This document shows, piece after piece, positions 9,660 through 23,439 of a stretch of DNA of 64,000 nt. Both the position numbers and the translations under genes were made by a program. The notes below the pieces were generated by a model. It worked only from the letters and a program-made list of their open reading frames with translations. It had not been told where the DNA came from and did not search any database. Source of the DNA: Selaginella moellendorffii (Eukaryota > Plantae > Lycopodiophyta). Each line of letters begins with the position of its first letter. Position 1 is the stretch's first letter. The stretch is taken from assembly GCF_000143415.4 (NCBI RefSeq), contig NW_003314289.1, positions 1,730,293 to 1,794,292 on the forward strand, written 5' to 3'.

Positions 9660-12429
9660 TATGTGATAGACGGTTTTGATTCTGGGTAAATTCCCTCAGG
9701 CCCATTTTTTTGTAAATTTTAAAAAGAGTAAATACCATTTTCTCTCTCACTTCTTTGTCTCCATCTGGAATTCTAAAAATGAACCGTACAAACAGAAGAA
9801 ATAGAGAACATATTGTTGACTGTATAGTGCTTCCTCTGTTACTACAAATATATGAATACCATTACAGCAGTATAGGGGTCACTACTAACTTTGACAATCT
9901 TTTACTTCCGCTCCTTCTCTGGATCAATGTTGTGAAGAAGAAGCCCTGGATTGAAAATTCCTCAATACCGACACTATTCACCGCCTAAGTTTTACGCTGT
10001 GTATATTTCAGTCCAATTTTGTAAGCGGCTCAAGCTGCACAACACGTTACATGCTTCGCTCCAGCGTAGGCCATCCTGTCTCCATAAGGACGAGACGTGG
10101 TCTTTGGCAACTTGAGAACTTTAGGATGTGTTTGACAAGCCTTCTTTTTGAAACAAAGGTTTTTGCAGGACAATGTCATACGTCATCTATAGTCAAGTGG
10201 AATTTGTGGTCAAAGAATGTTTGCTACTCGTTTTGCGTTATACGGTATTTATGCATCATTTTAAACACGTGTTTTAAGAGCAGGAAAGCAGCAAGAAGCT
10301 ACCTGTTTTCTTTATGCAAAGTCTCAACCGTCTGATATATAAAATGTAACTATGGTTCTTGTCAGAATTAGATGGCCTGACTTTCTATGGCAAGTTTGGA
10401 TTCACATCAGATTCTCTTCTTTTTATGGAGCTTGCTTCCCTGGTATTTGTTTTCTTCTTTGTTGACTTACATAGTTCAAGTATACATTACCATGGTAAAG
10501 GAGTTCCAGTGCAAACTATCAGAGCGAGATATGTACTGTAGGCCCGTGCTTTGCCACCATTGCCTCCATCATACCAGTGCTTCACCCTTGCATTCAGCTC
10601 CATCGTTGTACAACTCAGACCACTCGCTAACCAAAATTCGAATGACTGCATACTAGGTAAAGTCATGCCGCTGCCAATGGCTAACCTGTTCATTCTTTTT
10701 CTTGGCCGTACATCATGTACCTCCTCATGATTAACAATTTTATTCATAAACATTCACATGGTTTTGTTTGTGTGGCTTATATTAAATTACTATGAATATA
10801 CCTTGAAAGCAACCTGGGGGTTGTAACGTATGGCTGTGCTAAACACCCATGACTGGATTTCCATGGAAATAGCAGACATTTTGTGTCATCAAGATGCCAG
10901 GTATGTGAAGCACTCAATGTGGAATCAAAAGTCAAGTGGGGCTTCCCAGGGACATGAGGAGTGGCCTCGTTTGCATTGAGGACTGGGGCCCCCAGTATGC
11001 TTGACCTCATGCCACAGACAACACTCTCAATGCTGTTGGAGAAAAACTTTTGTCCTTCTGCTATGCAGTATAGGAATGTCAGTGGCCTGGACACACACTG
11101 GGAGGCTACACTTGTGAGGCATGGATCCTTGCAAGGCTTACATGGTCTCATACTGTGTGCTGCCTCAGAAACTCTGGATGAGGAGCTCAGCGCGGCCTAG
11201 ATCAGGGTGCAAGGATTCTCAATGTGAGCGGTGTTATTGCTGAGATCTTAGGCAATTGCACTGCATACAATGGCAAATCCAGCGTGAGCTGGAGTGGACT
11301 TGCTGCAAGCTGCAGCTCGTCTCACTGCAGGCTCCAGCTTTGGAGAGCTGCCTCCTGCGAGCTGCACCGCTCGGGGCAGGAGTGCTGTGCCTTCACAGAG
11401 ATTCATGCGTGTGGCTACAAGCTCTAGTAGATCCAACAATGAGGTATCCTTGGAACATGGCCTATGTCCACACGCCAGCTCCACTCAAACTTCTAGCACC
11501 ACCCAAGAGCTGTCTTGAGATGGGACCAGTTCCCCAGGACCCTTGGAGTGAGAGAGATTTCCCTGCCAACCAAGGGGTTTCCCACCACCTCTCTACCTAT
11601 GCAAAACAGAAGAAATTCATCTACCCTTTGGCAGAAAAACATGTATTATTATTCATTATACTATTTATAACATTATAATATCCAAACAACAGATCCCTGA
11701 GAAGAATGTGAAGCCACTAGCAACTGCAGGATTCTGGAGCCAACTCTCCTTCTTGTGGCTGAATCCACTGCTCAACTTTGGCCATTCCAGGCTGCTAGAG
11801 CTCCAAAACATCCTCAATCTTCCACTAGAGTATAGATTAGATTTTAGAGTAAAGGTGTAATAATATATATGTGAGTGTGTGGAATATGAAAATAGAATAT
11901 AGAAATATGCATATCAATTAACCCAAAAACACTAATTTAAATATAATAGCGGGTGGTCAAGATTGAAACCAATCTAATGGATATCAAAATCCCAATATGT
12001 TAATAATAGTATATGGCATTGTAGTTGTACATTTGGACTTCAAAGCATTGCCTCCTTTTAGAAGGATAGAAGACAGTTAAAGTCTTTTGGTGGATGGGCC
12101 GGGATTTAGAAGAATATCAAAAGCAAGCATTTATGGATCTATAAGTGGTGTCAATTGTTCTTGATCCCTTTGTACAAAGCATTTTAATCGCTGCATATAC
12201 ATAATTTTTAAAGGATCAACTTGTTTAACGTTATGTTGAACCTTATAAACTTGTAACACCTGATATGGTCCTTTCTATTAAGTAAGGAGCGCTTTAGATA
12301 AACTGTATACTGTAAGATTGGAAATAGATTAACACCAAAACATCCACTTTGTAATTTATAGATGGATGATGATGGGAGTTATAGCACCGTTATTGTTCCA
12401 TTTATATGTGGCTCAAATGTTTGGTAGAC

Positions 12430-13968
12430 TCTGCTCAGACTAGTGGAAGAATGCTCATCAAATACTGATCTTAAGATATAATATCAACAGTTCGTGGCAA
12501 TTGCGAAAGTAAACTCAACTTTGTTAACAATATCATATCATGACCATATAAAAGTTTATATAGTGAAAACTTAATAGAACTTTGCACCACTGTAATATAT
12601 GCATACCAAAAGGATAGCAAATAACCATCTCAATTCGAATGTTAAAAGTTCATGTATTTTGCAATTATCTTTTTGAAGGTTTGTATAAGTTGTTCCACCA
12701 AACCATTTGACTATGGATGATAAACACTTGTAAATAGGTGGCATATCCCCAACCAAGATATTAAAACATAAAATGCTTAATCTATAAATGCAAGACTATT
12801 ATTCAGAGAACCTAGAATGGCAAAGTTCAACCTAGCTCAAGCCTCTATCATTGTCTCCCACAAGATCCACATCCAGGCGATAGTAGAGATCTCCAAAAGA
12901 ATCCACTCCGGACAATAATGCTGAAACACTATTCGATTGAGGAAGAAGTATTTAACAACAATTGCAAACACACTAGTAAAAGCACCAACTTCACCTAGTG
13001 AGGTAAGTAGTCAGAAGTAATATTAACATACTTATTGCTAATAGTCAAATGTGGAAAAGGCCCTATCAAGTTAAACGCCACTAACTTAAATGGACAAAAA
13101 ATTACAATTGACTCTAATTGTCCTTCTATAACACGAAGGGTAGTATTATGAGTTTAGTACCAAATACAACTACACATATATTAGATAACATTATGTCACA
13201 TATCTAACTAATAGAAAAACTTGTGCAACTTCTTAGTCATACAACGATGTTCTATATGCCCACATAGAATAAGAAAATCATGGTACATATGAAAAAAGTG
13301 TGGAATAATGATTAAAGGCACCACCAGCTGTAAATGATTATCAGAATCCGTCTTTACAAAATTAAAAAGGTCATTTTTAAGGTGATTTTAAGAATGTAAA
13401 TGCTAACATAGCAAGTTATTAGCAAGTGATATAAAATTTTTAAACTTATTGTGAAGCCTTTAGATCAACAGTTTAATCTTTTGAGCCTCACGAACCTTGT
13501 CAAGAGAAGGTAACTCTAGCTCCGCACTTTATGGACACTAAACATCAAGTACAACAAATGCTAATAGCATTGAATCCTTATCCAAAAAATTTACAAATGC
13601 TAGAATAATAAACTTATAAAAATATGAGAAGTGAAAAAGGAATAGGAGCTTAGGAAAGGGCATTAACATTAGTCATAAAACTCCTTGGGTGATGAAAATA
13701 TCAAAATCATATATCTGAAGCTTTAATGCCCACAAAGCAGTATGACCAACCAATAACAAAGTAATTGCGATATGATCATTTTGTAATAATGTCCAAGAAC
13801 TATATAGATATGTATAAAGTTTCTTGAAACCCCAAACTATTGTTAAACACTCTTTTTTTATTGTAGAGTAGTTCATCTCCACTAGTTGTAATGTACGGTT
13901 GATATATACAATAAAATGGTATTGACTAGGCACACTTAAGCTTTCTTGCATCAACATACCTTTAAAAC
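12430..13968 (-). mobile_element. Heavily decayed Ty3/gypsy pol fragment (RNase H-integrase), old family
   Basis: Minus-strand remnants such as YINRTLQLVEMNYSTIKKECLTIVWGFKKLYTYL...WALKLQIYDFDI, with many stops. Homologous to 60650-62770. Confidence 0.75.
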
Positions 13969-15263
13969 CTTGCGTCCTTATTACTTGCTCTTACGTGCAT
14001 TGAGGATGCCTTCAACTTCGTTTTTTTTTTTCCCTTAGATAACCTCAGCTAAAGGTTTTATTTGGTCCTTGCGAAATGGATCCTTAAAGTATAGCTTGAG
14101 TAAGTTCATGTGGAACACAAGGTGCATCTTCCCCATCTCCCGAGGAAGTCGAAGGCGATAAGCTGCCTTACCAATTCGAGCCTCAATATCATAAGACCCC
14201 ACGAACCTGTTTAAAGAACTCAAGATCAATTCATTTCCAAAAATGCATGCATTTTACCTTTGGGTCAACTTCTACCTAATCCCACTTGATAACCTTAGGT
14301 TCTTGGTATTTAGCCACACTTTATCCCTAGGTTAAAACTCTACATCTAGGTGCTTTTGATTCACATATTTAATTTACATTTGTTGAGTCCGTTCTAAGGA
14401 ATCCCTCACTAAATTCTAAATGTTGAGTCTTTCTACTGTGAACGCCTCCACTACAGGTAACTCTCCATGATACTCAGCCATATTGAATTTCACAGGACCT
14501 TCAATAACTCGCCCATTGATGACTTCTCATGGACTCACCCCAATACTCGAATGTGGTGAGCTATTATAGCACATTTTTGCAAGTCCCAAATGACTTACCC
14601 AATCAATTTGGTTTCCAAAGACATACCATCGCAAATAATCCTCCAGCTACCTATTTACACTTTCTATTTTTTCATCTGTCAAGAAGTGTTAGTGCCATCA
14701 AACTTGACTTAATACCCATTACCTGTCTGTGGATGATAGACTATGCTAAATTTCAACTTGGTGCGATATTGTTTTAGGAGAGTTCTTTAGAACCTACTGG
14801 TGAAGATCTTATCTAGATTTGAGATAATCTCTTTTGGCCTTCTTTGCACTTGAACCACTTGTTTAAAGAACAACTTCACCACACTTTCTACATCCACTTC
14901 TGTTGTGATGGGTATGCCATTTTCAAAAATCAATCAATCACTACGAATATTGCATCAAACCTCTCATTTGAGGGGAGTTCTGTGATGAAGTCCATTATAA
15001 GATATTTCACAAACGATCTAGAATTATGAGGCTTTGTAATAAGCTCTCACTAGCCTTAGTCACGGCTTGACCACTGACATATTAGACATCNNNNNNNNNN
15101 NNNNNNNNNNNNNNNNNNNNNNNNNNNNNNNNNNNNNNNNNNNNNNNNNNNNNNNNNNNNNNNNNNNNNNNNNNNNNNNNNNNNNNNNNNATCTTTAGCC
15201 ATATTTAGCTAGTGATACTTCCTCTTAAGTAAGCCCATCGTTTTGGGCACTCCACCATATCCT
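13969..15263 (-). mobile_element. Decayed chromovirus-type gypsy integrase/chromodomain fragment (spans the 100-N gap)
   Basis: RFVGSYDIEARIGKAAYRLRLP...HLVFHMNLLKLY. Near-identical to 28009-29224 and homologous to 48000-49200. Confidence 0.8.
15091..15190. other. Assembly gap (100 N)
   Basis: A run of exactly 100 N. The paralogous position (29130-29151) has only ~20 bp, so the gap size is a placeholder. Confidence 0.95.
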
Positions 15264-15496
15264 GGTCATAGTCTATGGACCAAATGAGAGATGATGTTGA
15301 CAAGTTCAACAATACTCACAACAGGTTTTGTATAATAAAAAAAATGATCAATGAAACAACTAAGATATTGCATCTTGCCTAAAAAGGGTTGCACATCATT
15401 CACACACTTTAGAGTAAGGAACTTAAGAATAACTACAAATTTTTCAAGATCAACTTGCAAACCTTCACGAGAAATACAGTACCCAAGATAAGTAGT

Positions 15497-15890
15497 TGTG
15501 AGACACAAAATCCCTAGGCCCCAAAGTGGAGCTGAAAGGGCACAACGTGGTAGTGGCCGAAGCGAAAGCTAAATGAGCATAACACGTTTGGACTAAAAGC
15601 TCTGACTTGAAAAGGTTGAGAGTTGGAGTGGAACTCCCAACAAAGTGCTCGAGGAACAAGCACGAGGCGAGCCATGAGTGAGTCTCTAGAAAAGGGGACA
15701 CAAGAGGACCAAAACATGACACGTGGAAGTGTCCAAGATGGAGTCTGAGGTGGAGTCTAAGGTGGAGTCCGAGATGGAGTCCGAGGTGGAGTCCGAGGTG
15801 GACCCGAGATGGAGTTCGAGATAGACCTGAGATGGAGTCTGAGATGGAGTCCGAGATGGACCCAAAATGGAATCCGAGATGGAGTCCGAG
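15497..15890. repeat. LTR-like fragment ending in a (GAGATGGAGTCC)n-type tandem array; copy at 29457-29850
   Basis: Begins TGTGAGACAC and is homologous to 16795-17250. It replaces ~0.5 kb of RT that is still present in the inverted paralog (59790-60310). Confidence 0.55.
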
Positions 15891-16794
15891 AATTTATATA
15901 TAAAATTTTGATTTGATTGGTGATCAATGATAAGTAGGAACTATGATTGGACAAACATCTCCAATGGAATAAAATGATGTGTTGCAATCTTAGCCCCAGA
16001 CGATAAATCAAATTCAAAGAGATTAGCATACTCCTTCATGAGTCGGTCAACCACTACAACACAAAAATCATTGAAGGGATCTAAAGAGGGAATAAAGGAA
16101 CAAAATAGAAACATAAGAGGAAATAATGAAGCGACAAAAGTGATAAAGGCAAAAGGACAAAAAAGAACAGAAATGAGAGGAATACAAAAAATATAAGGAA
16201 GTATAAGACAATAGGAAAAGTAGTAAAGTCACATTTGACATGATTGTGCTGTAACCAATCCATATAAAGGATGAGGGCAAAAACTTGACTCAGCAGCACC
16301 CGCAACAACTACAGTTTAAGCTCGAGATCTCCCACACGCATAACTAAGTCTACCTTATTCCATGGACATGCATATGTACAACTGTTGTCATAAAGAATGA
16401 AAACTAACTCTGCCACATGACATAAATGTAGATAGCAACATGTGACCATAAACTAAGCAATAGAAGATAAACTCAAGCTTATATTAACTAATATAGATAG
16501 AATAATATGAGACATCTTATTATAAAAATGAGCTTGGAAAGTAAATACTGGATGAGCTTGTGCCAAATAAACCCCTTGATAATACTCTCGAAAAAAAAAT
16601 GGAAGGGTCACAGATTTATTCACACAAGGACCCTCTACTACTTGTATGACTCCTTGTTTCTCAAAAACATCTTGGTGTCCTGACCTTCCACTGCAGCAGC
16701 ACCAACAGGTTGTTGTTAACGCCAGGGTTTCCACCCAGAAAATAAAGGTTGCTAATCCGAAAAATGCTAACATGACCAATTTCATCACATGTTT

Positions 16795-18300
16795 ATGAGA
16801 CACAAATCCCTAAGCCCCAAAGTGTCACAAATACCTAATCCCCAAAGTGGAGCCGAAAGGGTGCCACATGGTAGTGGCCAAAGCAGAAGCCACGAGCATA
16901 ACACATTTGGGACTAAAAGCTCTGACTTGGACAGTCGAAAGTGGGAGTGGAAATACCAATGAAGTGCTCGAGAAACGAGCATGAAGCAAGCAGTAAGTGA
17001 GTCTCTAGGAAAGGGATACAAAAGGACCAATACATGACACATGGAAGTGTTAAAATGTAGTCTAAAATGGACCCGAGACGGAGTTTGAGATGAAGTCCAA
17101 GATGGAGTCTGAGAAGAAGTTTGAGATAAACCCAAGATGGAGTTTGATATGGACCTGAGATGGAGTCTAATATGGACCTAAAAGGGACTTGAGATGGAGT
17201 CTAAGATGGACCTAAGATGGATCCAAGATGGACCTAAGATGGAACCGAGATGGAGTTCGAGGTCGAGTCTGAGATGGACTTGAGAGAGAGTCTAAGGTTG
17301 AGGTTGAGAAAGAGATTGAGACCGAGACTAAGAAAGAGACCGAGACCGAGACCGAGATCGAGATTGAGATTGAGACTGAGACCGAGATCAAAACCAAAAT
17401 CGAAACCGAAACCAAGACCAAGTCTGAGTCTAAGTCCAAGTTTGAGTCCGAGGGTGAAAGCCCAAAGCATTCATCTCCTAAACCCTAAGGGGTTTGGTGA
17501 GCTCCAAAAGTATAGTAAGGGGAGGATTTTAATGGAACTAGTTTAGCTAGGAAAGGTTAGTGTGACCAAGGAAGGTTATACCCATGTGTTGGGTGATGAT
17601 ATATCCACTAAAGCTTGAGTGAATACAGATAGACAAGCAGGGTAGTTTGGTGAAATGTTCAAAAACCGGCTTTAGCTCCCTTGGGAGATCAAATGGTCAA
17701 TACTCTCAATCCAGGTTTGAGTGGCATTACCTATTTAGATACCTAGTGTGGCTTATTAAAACCTCACTCTAGCCACATGGTTAGGCACCTAAGGGTGAAA
17801 GGTGGGGAGAGTACCTATGAAGCTTGTGTAAGGTTGCGGTGTTTCGAAATATTGTCTTAAAGTCAAAGACTATAGAAAGGAAGAGGAGCAATAGTGACTA
17901 AAGACACGATCACATGGTGAAGAAGTCCCAAAGAACAGTGGGATTTAGTGGTTAGGCTTTTGATCCTTGACATACTGATGGGGTTGATGAGCATAGCCCT
18001 GGATGAAAAAGCACTTGGTAGGGACAAAAGAAGGGATATTGGGGAAGGGTGTTTCACATGTTTCTGAGCATCTTAAGGGTGCTAAAGTGTGGTCAAAGGA
18101 TGACCATTCATGGATGGATGGCTTAATCTTTGAGAGATAAGATTGTGATGTAGGTGATCTTGGATTACTGATATGATAAAGGTGAATGGGTATGGCCTTA
18201 GTATAATAAGTGGATATATCAATAGTACCTTTGGGTGTTAGTTATGAGATCAGAAATATATACTACTTAAACCAAGTGCAAAGGTTAAATGCCATATATA
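16795..18300. mobile_element. Probable LTR-like element of a third family with degenerate 6/12-mer arrays (copies 30755-32260 and inverted 56800-58290)
   Basis: TGTGAGA-like terminus and GAGATGGAGTCC/GAGACC arrays at 17060-17450. No coding capacity. Right boundary uncertain. Confidence 0.4.
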
Positions 18301-18986
18301 CCATTCACGAGGCTAGCATATCCCCAAGTCCTAAATAAGACTTATGGAGGTTGTGAGTGAGACTCCTCCAAATAGTTAAAGGTGTGGTTAAATGATTAAA
18401 GTAGAATGGAAAAATTAATCACTTATAATGCCTAGCAGCAGACATCATGACCATGACCATATCCTTGCCTTTGTCTATAAACTCGGGAAGTAATAGCATC
18501 ACTATTAAAATAGAACCATTTCCCATAGAAAGAGAAGAAGAAGTGATGCACTATAACATTGTGCCAAGCAAAGAGTATTATTTGGCTCTACATAAAGCAA
18601 GAAGCTCGAAAATAAATGCTAAATTGCATCATTAACTTAGATGGTCCTTGATGAAGACAAACCAATTGTTAAAATACATCATCATAATCATCGACATGTT
18701 CAAATATGCATTTCAAAATGTTTAGGAAAATGCTCCAATCTACATGTGTGTTGTTGATTTTTGGGATGATATTCAGCATTTACGTGAGTTTCCCACATAT
18801 CTCCAATGGACAGTGTTGCAATAATATAATGATTTGAGCACCAAAAGATGATTGCTATCTTCATTGGGAAGTGTATGATTGCCAGAATATAAAGAATATT
18901 AGTGGGCAATGCATCAAAGTAATTAAACCTCCAAGGATTAGACCATTCTCTAGTACAAAAATTTTAGATGAAATAGTTAGCATCTG

Positions 18987-19577
18987 TCTCTCTGCAGTTG
19001 CAATCATGCAACGCTTTTTTGAGTGCCAAGAGGCCTGCCTGTTGACCAGTTTGACTCCAAGGAAGATCTGATGAACACATTGCTTACATTGTGTTTCAGA
19101 GCAGTTTGCTCTTGCATTCCGTTCAGATGGGAGCTTGACTGGTTTTTAGTTATCTAGCACCACAATCTGTTACCGTCTTTAACAACAGACTGTGCATCGA
19201 CGGCAGGTTCACGCTCTTCATGCCCCCTTCAGCTGCTGAAACAACAGTTCTTTTGTGTCACTCACTAAGATTTTAGTTTTGGCTTTTGAAGCTTTCGTTT
19301 TGCTTTTACACGGGTAAGAGTATGTGCCTTTTCTGCCAAGCACCTCGGTCTGCAAGACACAGTGGGTATCAGCCCGGACTGTAATCCCGACAACCGAGCC
19401 TCTCCAAATAATAAGAAGTTAAAAGGTACATACCTAAGTTCTTGCAGCTTTTAAACTGCCGGCTGGAGATGCAGTATTAGATGAGCTCTATTTGTTGGCT
19501 ACAAGGATGCTGCAGTGTGGGAAAATACAAATCCTTTGATCAATTTTAAAGGCAAGGCAGCAGCTGCTCCAGTTTGA
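18987..19577 (+). pseudogene. 3' fragment of the patatin gene co-duplicated with ICS copy 2
   Basis: Homologous to 7071-7691, with frameshifts, deletions (e.g. loss of GGGCTTTAGAA in the last exon) and damaged splice sites. Confidence 0.9.
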
Positions 19578-19980
19578 AGATGCAACAAACGATTGCTGTA
19601 TCATACTAGAGGCATTCATGCGAAGGCAAGAAAGGAAATATAGAGATTCTTTGGGACACCATTCTCTAGAGACTAGCATTTGTACACAAAAAGTTCCTTG
19701 TTCTACATGGTTGTGAAAAGAATCAAACGTTGTCAAAAGAAACAAACAAGAAACTACGTGTGAAGCTTCATGGTCAGTTGTGTGACTTTGTCAATCGCGT
19801 TCTATTTTCCCAGCCCACGTTTGAGAATTTTCCAGTCAAGCGCGTAGGTACCGGGAAGGCGGGCGGCTTCCTGGTATAAAAGCCCAACCAGGGAAACCCA
19901 GACAATTCATCGATCCCAGTCTGCAATCTTCCATCCTCTAGCCTGAAATTTGAGATTTTCTCTTTTTCTTCATAACACCC

Positions 19981-21546
19981 ATGGCAAGTTCATATCCAAA
20001 GGACAAGATTGCATTCCTGTACATCCACAGAGAGAGTGGTGAGATTGGCTTCGTCTCACAATCTGCGTCCAGGCATGTCCCAGTACTAGCAGCAAAGTGT
20101 GATTTCTTGTTCTCCTCCATGGTCGCGAGTGACAAGGCGGAAGATTTAGAGGCGGCTAAGCAGGCCACACGCTCAGTTGCTCCAGAGATGAACAAGTACA
20201 CCATTTCCATGCTTGGAGCAGCAGCTGACCAGGAGTGGACAGCCACCGTCTACGAGAGATACATTGGGAACGGGTTCGAGGGCGTGGTTTTCATCCAGGA
20301 TCCCAATCTCCAGGAGGAGGACGGCGAGAGCATGAGCTATCTGGCCTCTCTGCTGCTGGACAACGGCGTCATGACCAGAGATTGCCTTCTGGAGCCCTCC
20401 AGCTCGCACACACCTCAAGAGGTGGACGACATCACCTCCCAAGTTGTGGACATCATCGAGAAGAATTACATCCACTTCCCAAAGCACGACCAGTGGTTCA
20501 CAAGTGGGGGCAAGCAGAGGTTTGCGGACAAGGTGAGGTACCACGTCGCAAGAAACATTCCACTCGAGTTCGTCTTGCCCGCATTTCCAGTCAAGTCGTG
20601 CAATCCCGACAAGACTCTGGGAAAGTGCCCGGACAAGGCCGAGGAGCTGGCCATCCATTCCATGAAGATTGTTGCGGATCTCATCAAGGCCGTGTATGCT
20701 CCAGGCGTGCACTACAACGTCGCCTCGGATGGCCATGTCTTCTCTGATCTCGTCGGCTCGGACGACGCTGCTGTGGATTCTTACGGCGAGATGTTTTGGG
20801 AGATGGCACACAATCTGTATCCCGGCCTTGTCAATTTCTTTCGCCTGGATGAGTTTCTGCTGGACAACCACAGTGACAAAGACATTGCAAAGCTTATCTC
20901 CAACACCACCGTGGAGCATCCCGTTGCGACTGAGCTCACCGCCAATGCAGAGAATGCCAGGCGAGCTCTCATGTGCTTGTTTGGATGTGACGAGTCAACC
21001 GTCACCAAGGAGATCAAGGAGGACCCGGAGACACGCAATCTATATCGTGGCTTCTCCAGGTTCATGCTCGAGGACTTGTACGAACACAAGAGCTGCAAGA
21101 ATCTCCCGTCAAAGTCGGCCAAGAAGAAGCTGTGCAGCCAGGTTGCCTTCCTCATGATCCTCAGGAACCGTGCATACTCGGCCATGGTGGAGTGGCTCTT
21201 CCCTTTGCAGCTGCGCATTTCCATCCACCCGCATCCAAACAGAGGTCCCAAGTATGGCATCAACATCATCCATTCCTCTCTAGTGGCAGCGCAGCGTTCT
21301 TCCGAGGAGAAGAACTTCCACATCCCAACACCATGGCACAACGCGGTGGTGGAGCTGGCAGATGGCAAGTTCATGCTGCTGCACTCCAAAGTCATCCGAG
21401 GTTCGAGTATGCAGGCCACAGAAATGGCCTGTGAGCAGCTCGAGTTGAGTCAACAGTTGGTTCTCAAGCGTCAAGGCTACAGAATGACGCTGGTGACATA
21501 TCCAGACGGCAGACCCAGCCACTACAGGCAGGTCAGTGTCTGCTAA
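19981..21546 (+). CDS. Isocyanide synthase, DIT1/PvcA family, copy 2 (521 aa; S115G vs copy 1)
   Basis: Intact ORF with the same motifs as copy 1. Confidence 0.93.
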   Translation: MASSYPKDKIAFLYIHRESGEIGFVSQSASRHVPVLAAKCDFLFSSMVASDKAEDLEAAKQATRSVAPEMNKYTISMLGAAADQEWTATVYERYIGNGFEGVVFIQDPNLQEEDGESMSYLASLLLDNGVMTRDCLLEPSSSHTPQEVDDITSQVVDIIEKNYIHFPKHDQWFTSGGKQRFADKVRYHVARNIPLEFVLPAFPVKSCNPDKTLGKCPDKAEELAIHSMKIVADLIKAVYAPGVHYNVASDGHVFSDLVGSDDAAVDSYGEMFWEMAHNLYPGLVNFFRLDEFLLDNHSDKDIAKLISNTTVEHPVATELTANAENARRALMCLFGCDESTVTKEIKEDPETRNLYRGFSRFMLEDLYEHKSCKNLPSKSAKKKLCSQVAFLMILRNRAYSAMVEWLFPLQLRISIHPHPNRGPKYGINIIHSSLVAAQRSSEEKNFHIPTPWHNAVVELADGKFMLLHSKVIRGSSMQATEMACEQLELSQQLVLKRQGYRMTLVTYPDGRPSHYRQVSVC

Positions 21547-23439
21547 TATGTGATAGACGGTTTTGATTCTGGGTAAATTCCCTCAGGCCCATTTTTTTGT
21601 AAATTTTAAAAAGAGTAAATACCATTTTCTCTCTCACTTCTTTGTCTCCATCTGGAATTCTAAAAATGAACCGTACAAACAGAAGAAATAGAGAACATAT
21701 TGTTGACTGTATAGTGCTTCCTCTGTTACTACAAATATATGAATACCATTACAGCAGTATAGGGGTCACTACTAACTTTGACAATCTTTTACTTCCGCTC
21801 CTTCTCTGGATCAATGTTGTGAAGAAGAAGCCCTGGATTGAAAATTCCTCAATACTGACACTATTCACCGCCTAAGTTTTACGCTGTGTATATTTCAGTC
21901 CAATTTTGTAAGCGGCTCAAGCTGCACAACACGTTACATGCTTCGCTCCAGCGTAGGCCATCCTGTCTCCAAAAGGACGAGACGTGGTCTTTGGCAACTT
22001 GAGAACTTTAGGATGTGTTTGACAAGCCTTCTTTTTGAAACAAAGGTTTTTGCAGGACAATGTCATACGTCATCTATAGTCAAGTGGAATTTGTGGTCAA
22101 AGAATGTTTGCTACTTGTTTTGCGTTAAACACGTGTTTTAAGAGCAGGAAAGCAGCAAGAAGCTACCTGTTTTCTTTATGCAAAGTCTCAACCGTCTGAT
22201 ATATAAAATGTAACTATGGTTCTTGTCAGAATTAGATGGCCTGACTTTCTATGGCAAGTTTGGATTCACATCAGATTCTCTTCTTTTTATGGAGCTTGCT
22301 TCCCTGGTATTTGTTTTCTTCTTTGTTGACTTACATAGTTCAAGTATACATTACCATGGTAAAGGAGTTCCAGCGCAAACTATCAGAGCGAGATATGTAC
22401 TGTAGGCCCGTGCTTTGCCACCATTGCCTCCATCATACCAGTGCTTCACCCTTGCATTCAGCTCCATCGTTGTACGACTCAGACCACTCGCTAGCCAAAA
22501 TTCGAACGACTGCATACTAGGTAAAGTCATGCCGCTGCCAATGGCTGACCTGTTCATTCTTTTTCTTGGCCGTACATCATGTACCTCCTCATGATTAACA
22601 ATTTTATTCATAAACATTCACATGGTTTTGTTTGTGTGGCTTATATTAAATTACTATGAATATACCTTGAAAGCATACACACCTGGGGGTTGTAACGTAT
22701 GGCTGTGCTAAACACCCATGACTGGATTTCCATGGAAATAGCAGACATTTTGTGTCATCAAGATGCCAGGTATGTGAAGCACTCAATGTGGAATCAAAAG
22801 TCAAGTGGGGCTTCCCAGGGACATGAGGAGTGGCCTCGTTTGCATTGAGGACTGGGGACCCCAGTATGCTCGACGTCATGTCACAGACAACACTCTCAAT
22901 GCTGTTGGAGAAAAACTTTTGTCCTTCTGCTATGCAGTATAGGAATGTCAGTGGCCTGGACACACACTGGGAGGCTACACTTGTGAGGCATGGATCCTTG
23001 CAAGGCTTACATGGTCTCATACTGTGTGCTGCCTCAGAAACTCTGGATGAGGAGCTCAGCACGGCCTGACTTTCTATGGCAAGTTTGGATTCACATCAAA
23101 TTCTCTTCTTTTTATGGAGCTTGCTTCCCTTGTTGACTTACATAGTTCAAGTGTACATGGTAAGGCTTACCATGGTAGGAGTTCCAGTGCAAACTATCAG
23201 AGTGAGATATGTACTGTAGACCCATGCTTTGACACCATTGCCTCTATCATACCAGTGCTTCACTGTTGCATAGAGGAGATATGTGCTGTATGGCCAAGAA
23301 AAAGAATGCCATTGGCAGTGGCATGACGTTATCTGATATGCCGTTGTTTGAATTTTGGCGAGCGAGTGGTCTGAGTTGTACCATGATTCTTTTTCTTGGC
23401 TGTAGAACATGTATCCAAGCATAACTCACAAACATTCTT

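Noticed and set aside
10777-11151. Possible PPR-like pseudogene on the minus strand
   Set aside because: Only a vague resemblance; no convincing 35-aa repeat could be traced.
17212-17546. Arg/Ser/Leu-rich ORFs resembling SR proteins (also 31172-31506, 49796-50159, 57486-57928, 27230-27430)
   Set aside because: These are translations of degenerate hexamer arrays inside retroelement sequence. They are open in several frames on both strands and have no RRM or other domain.
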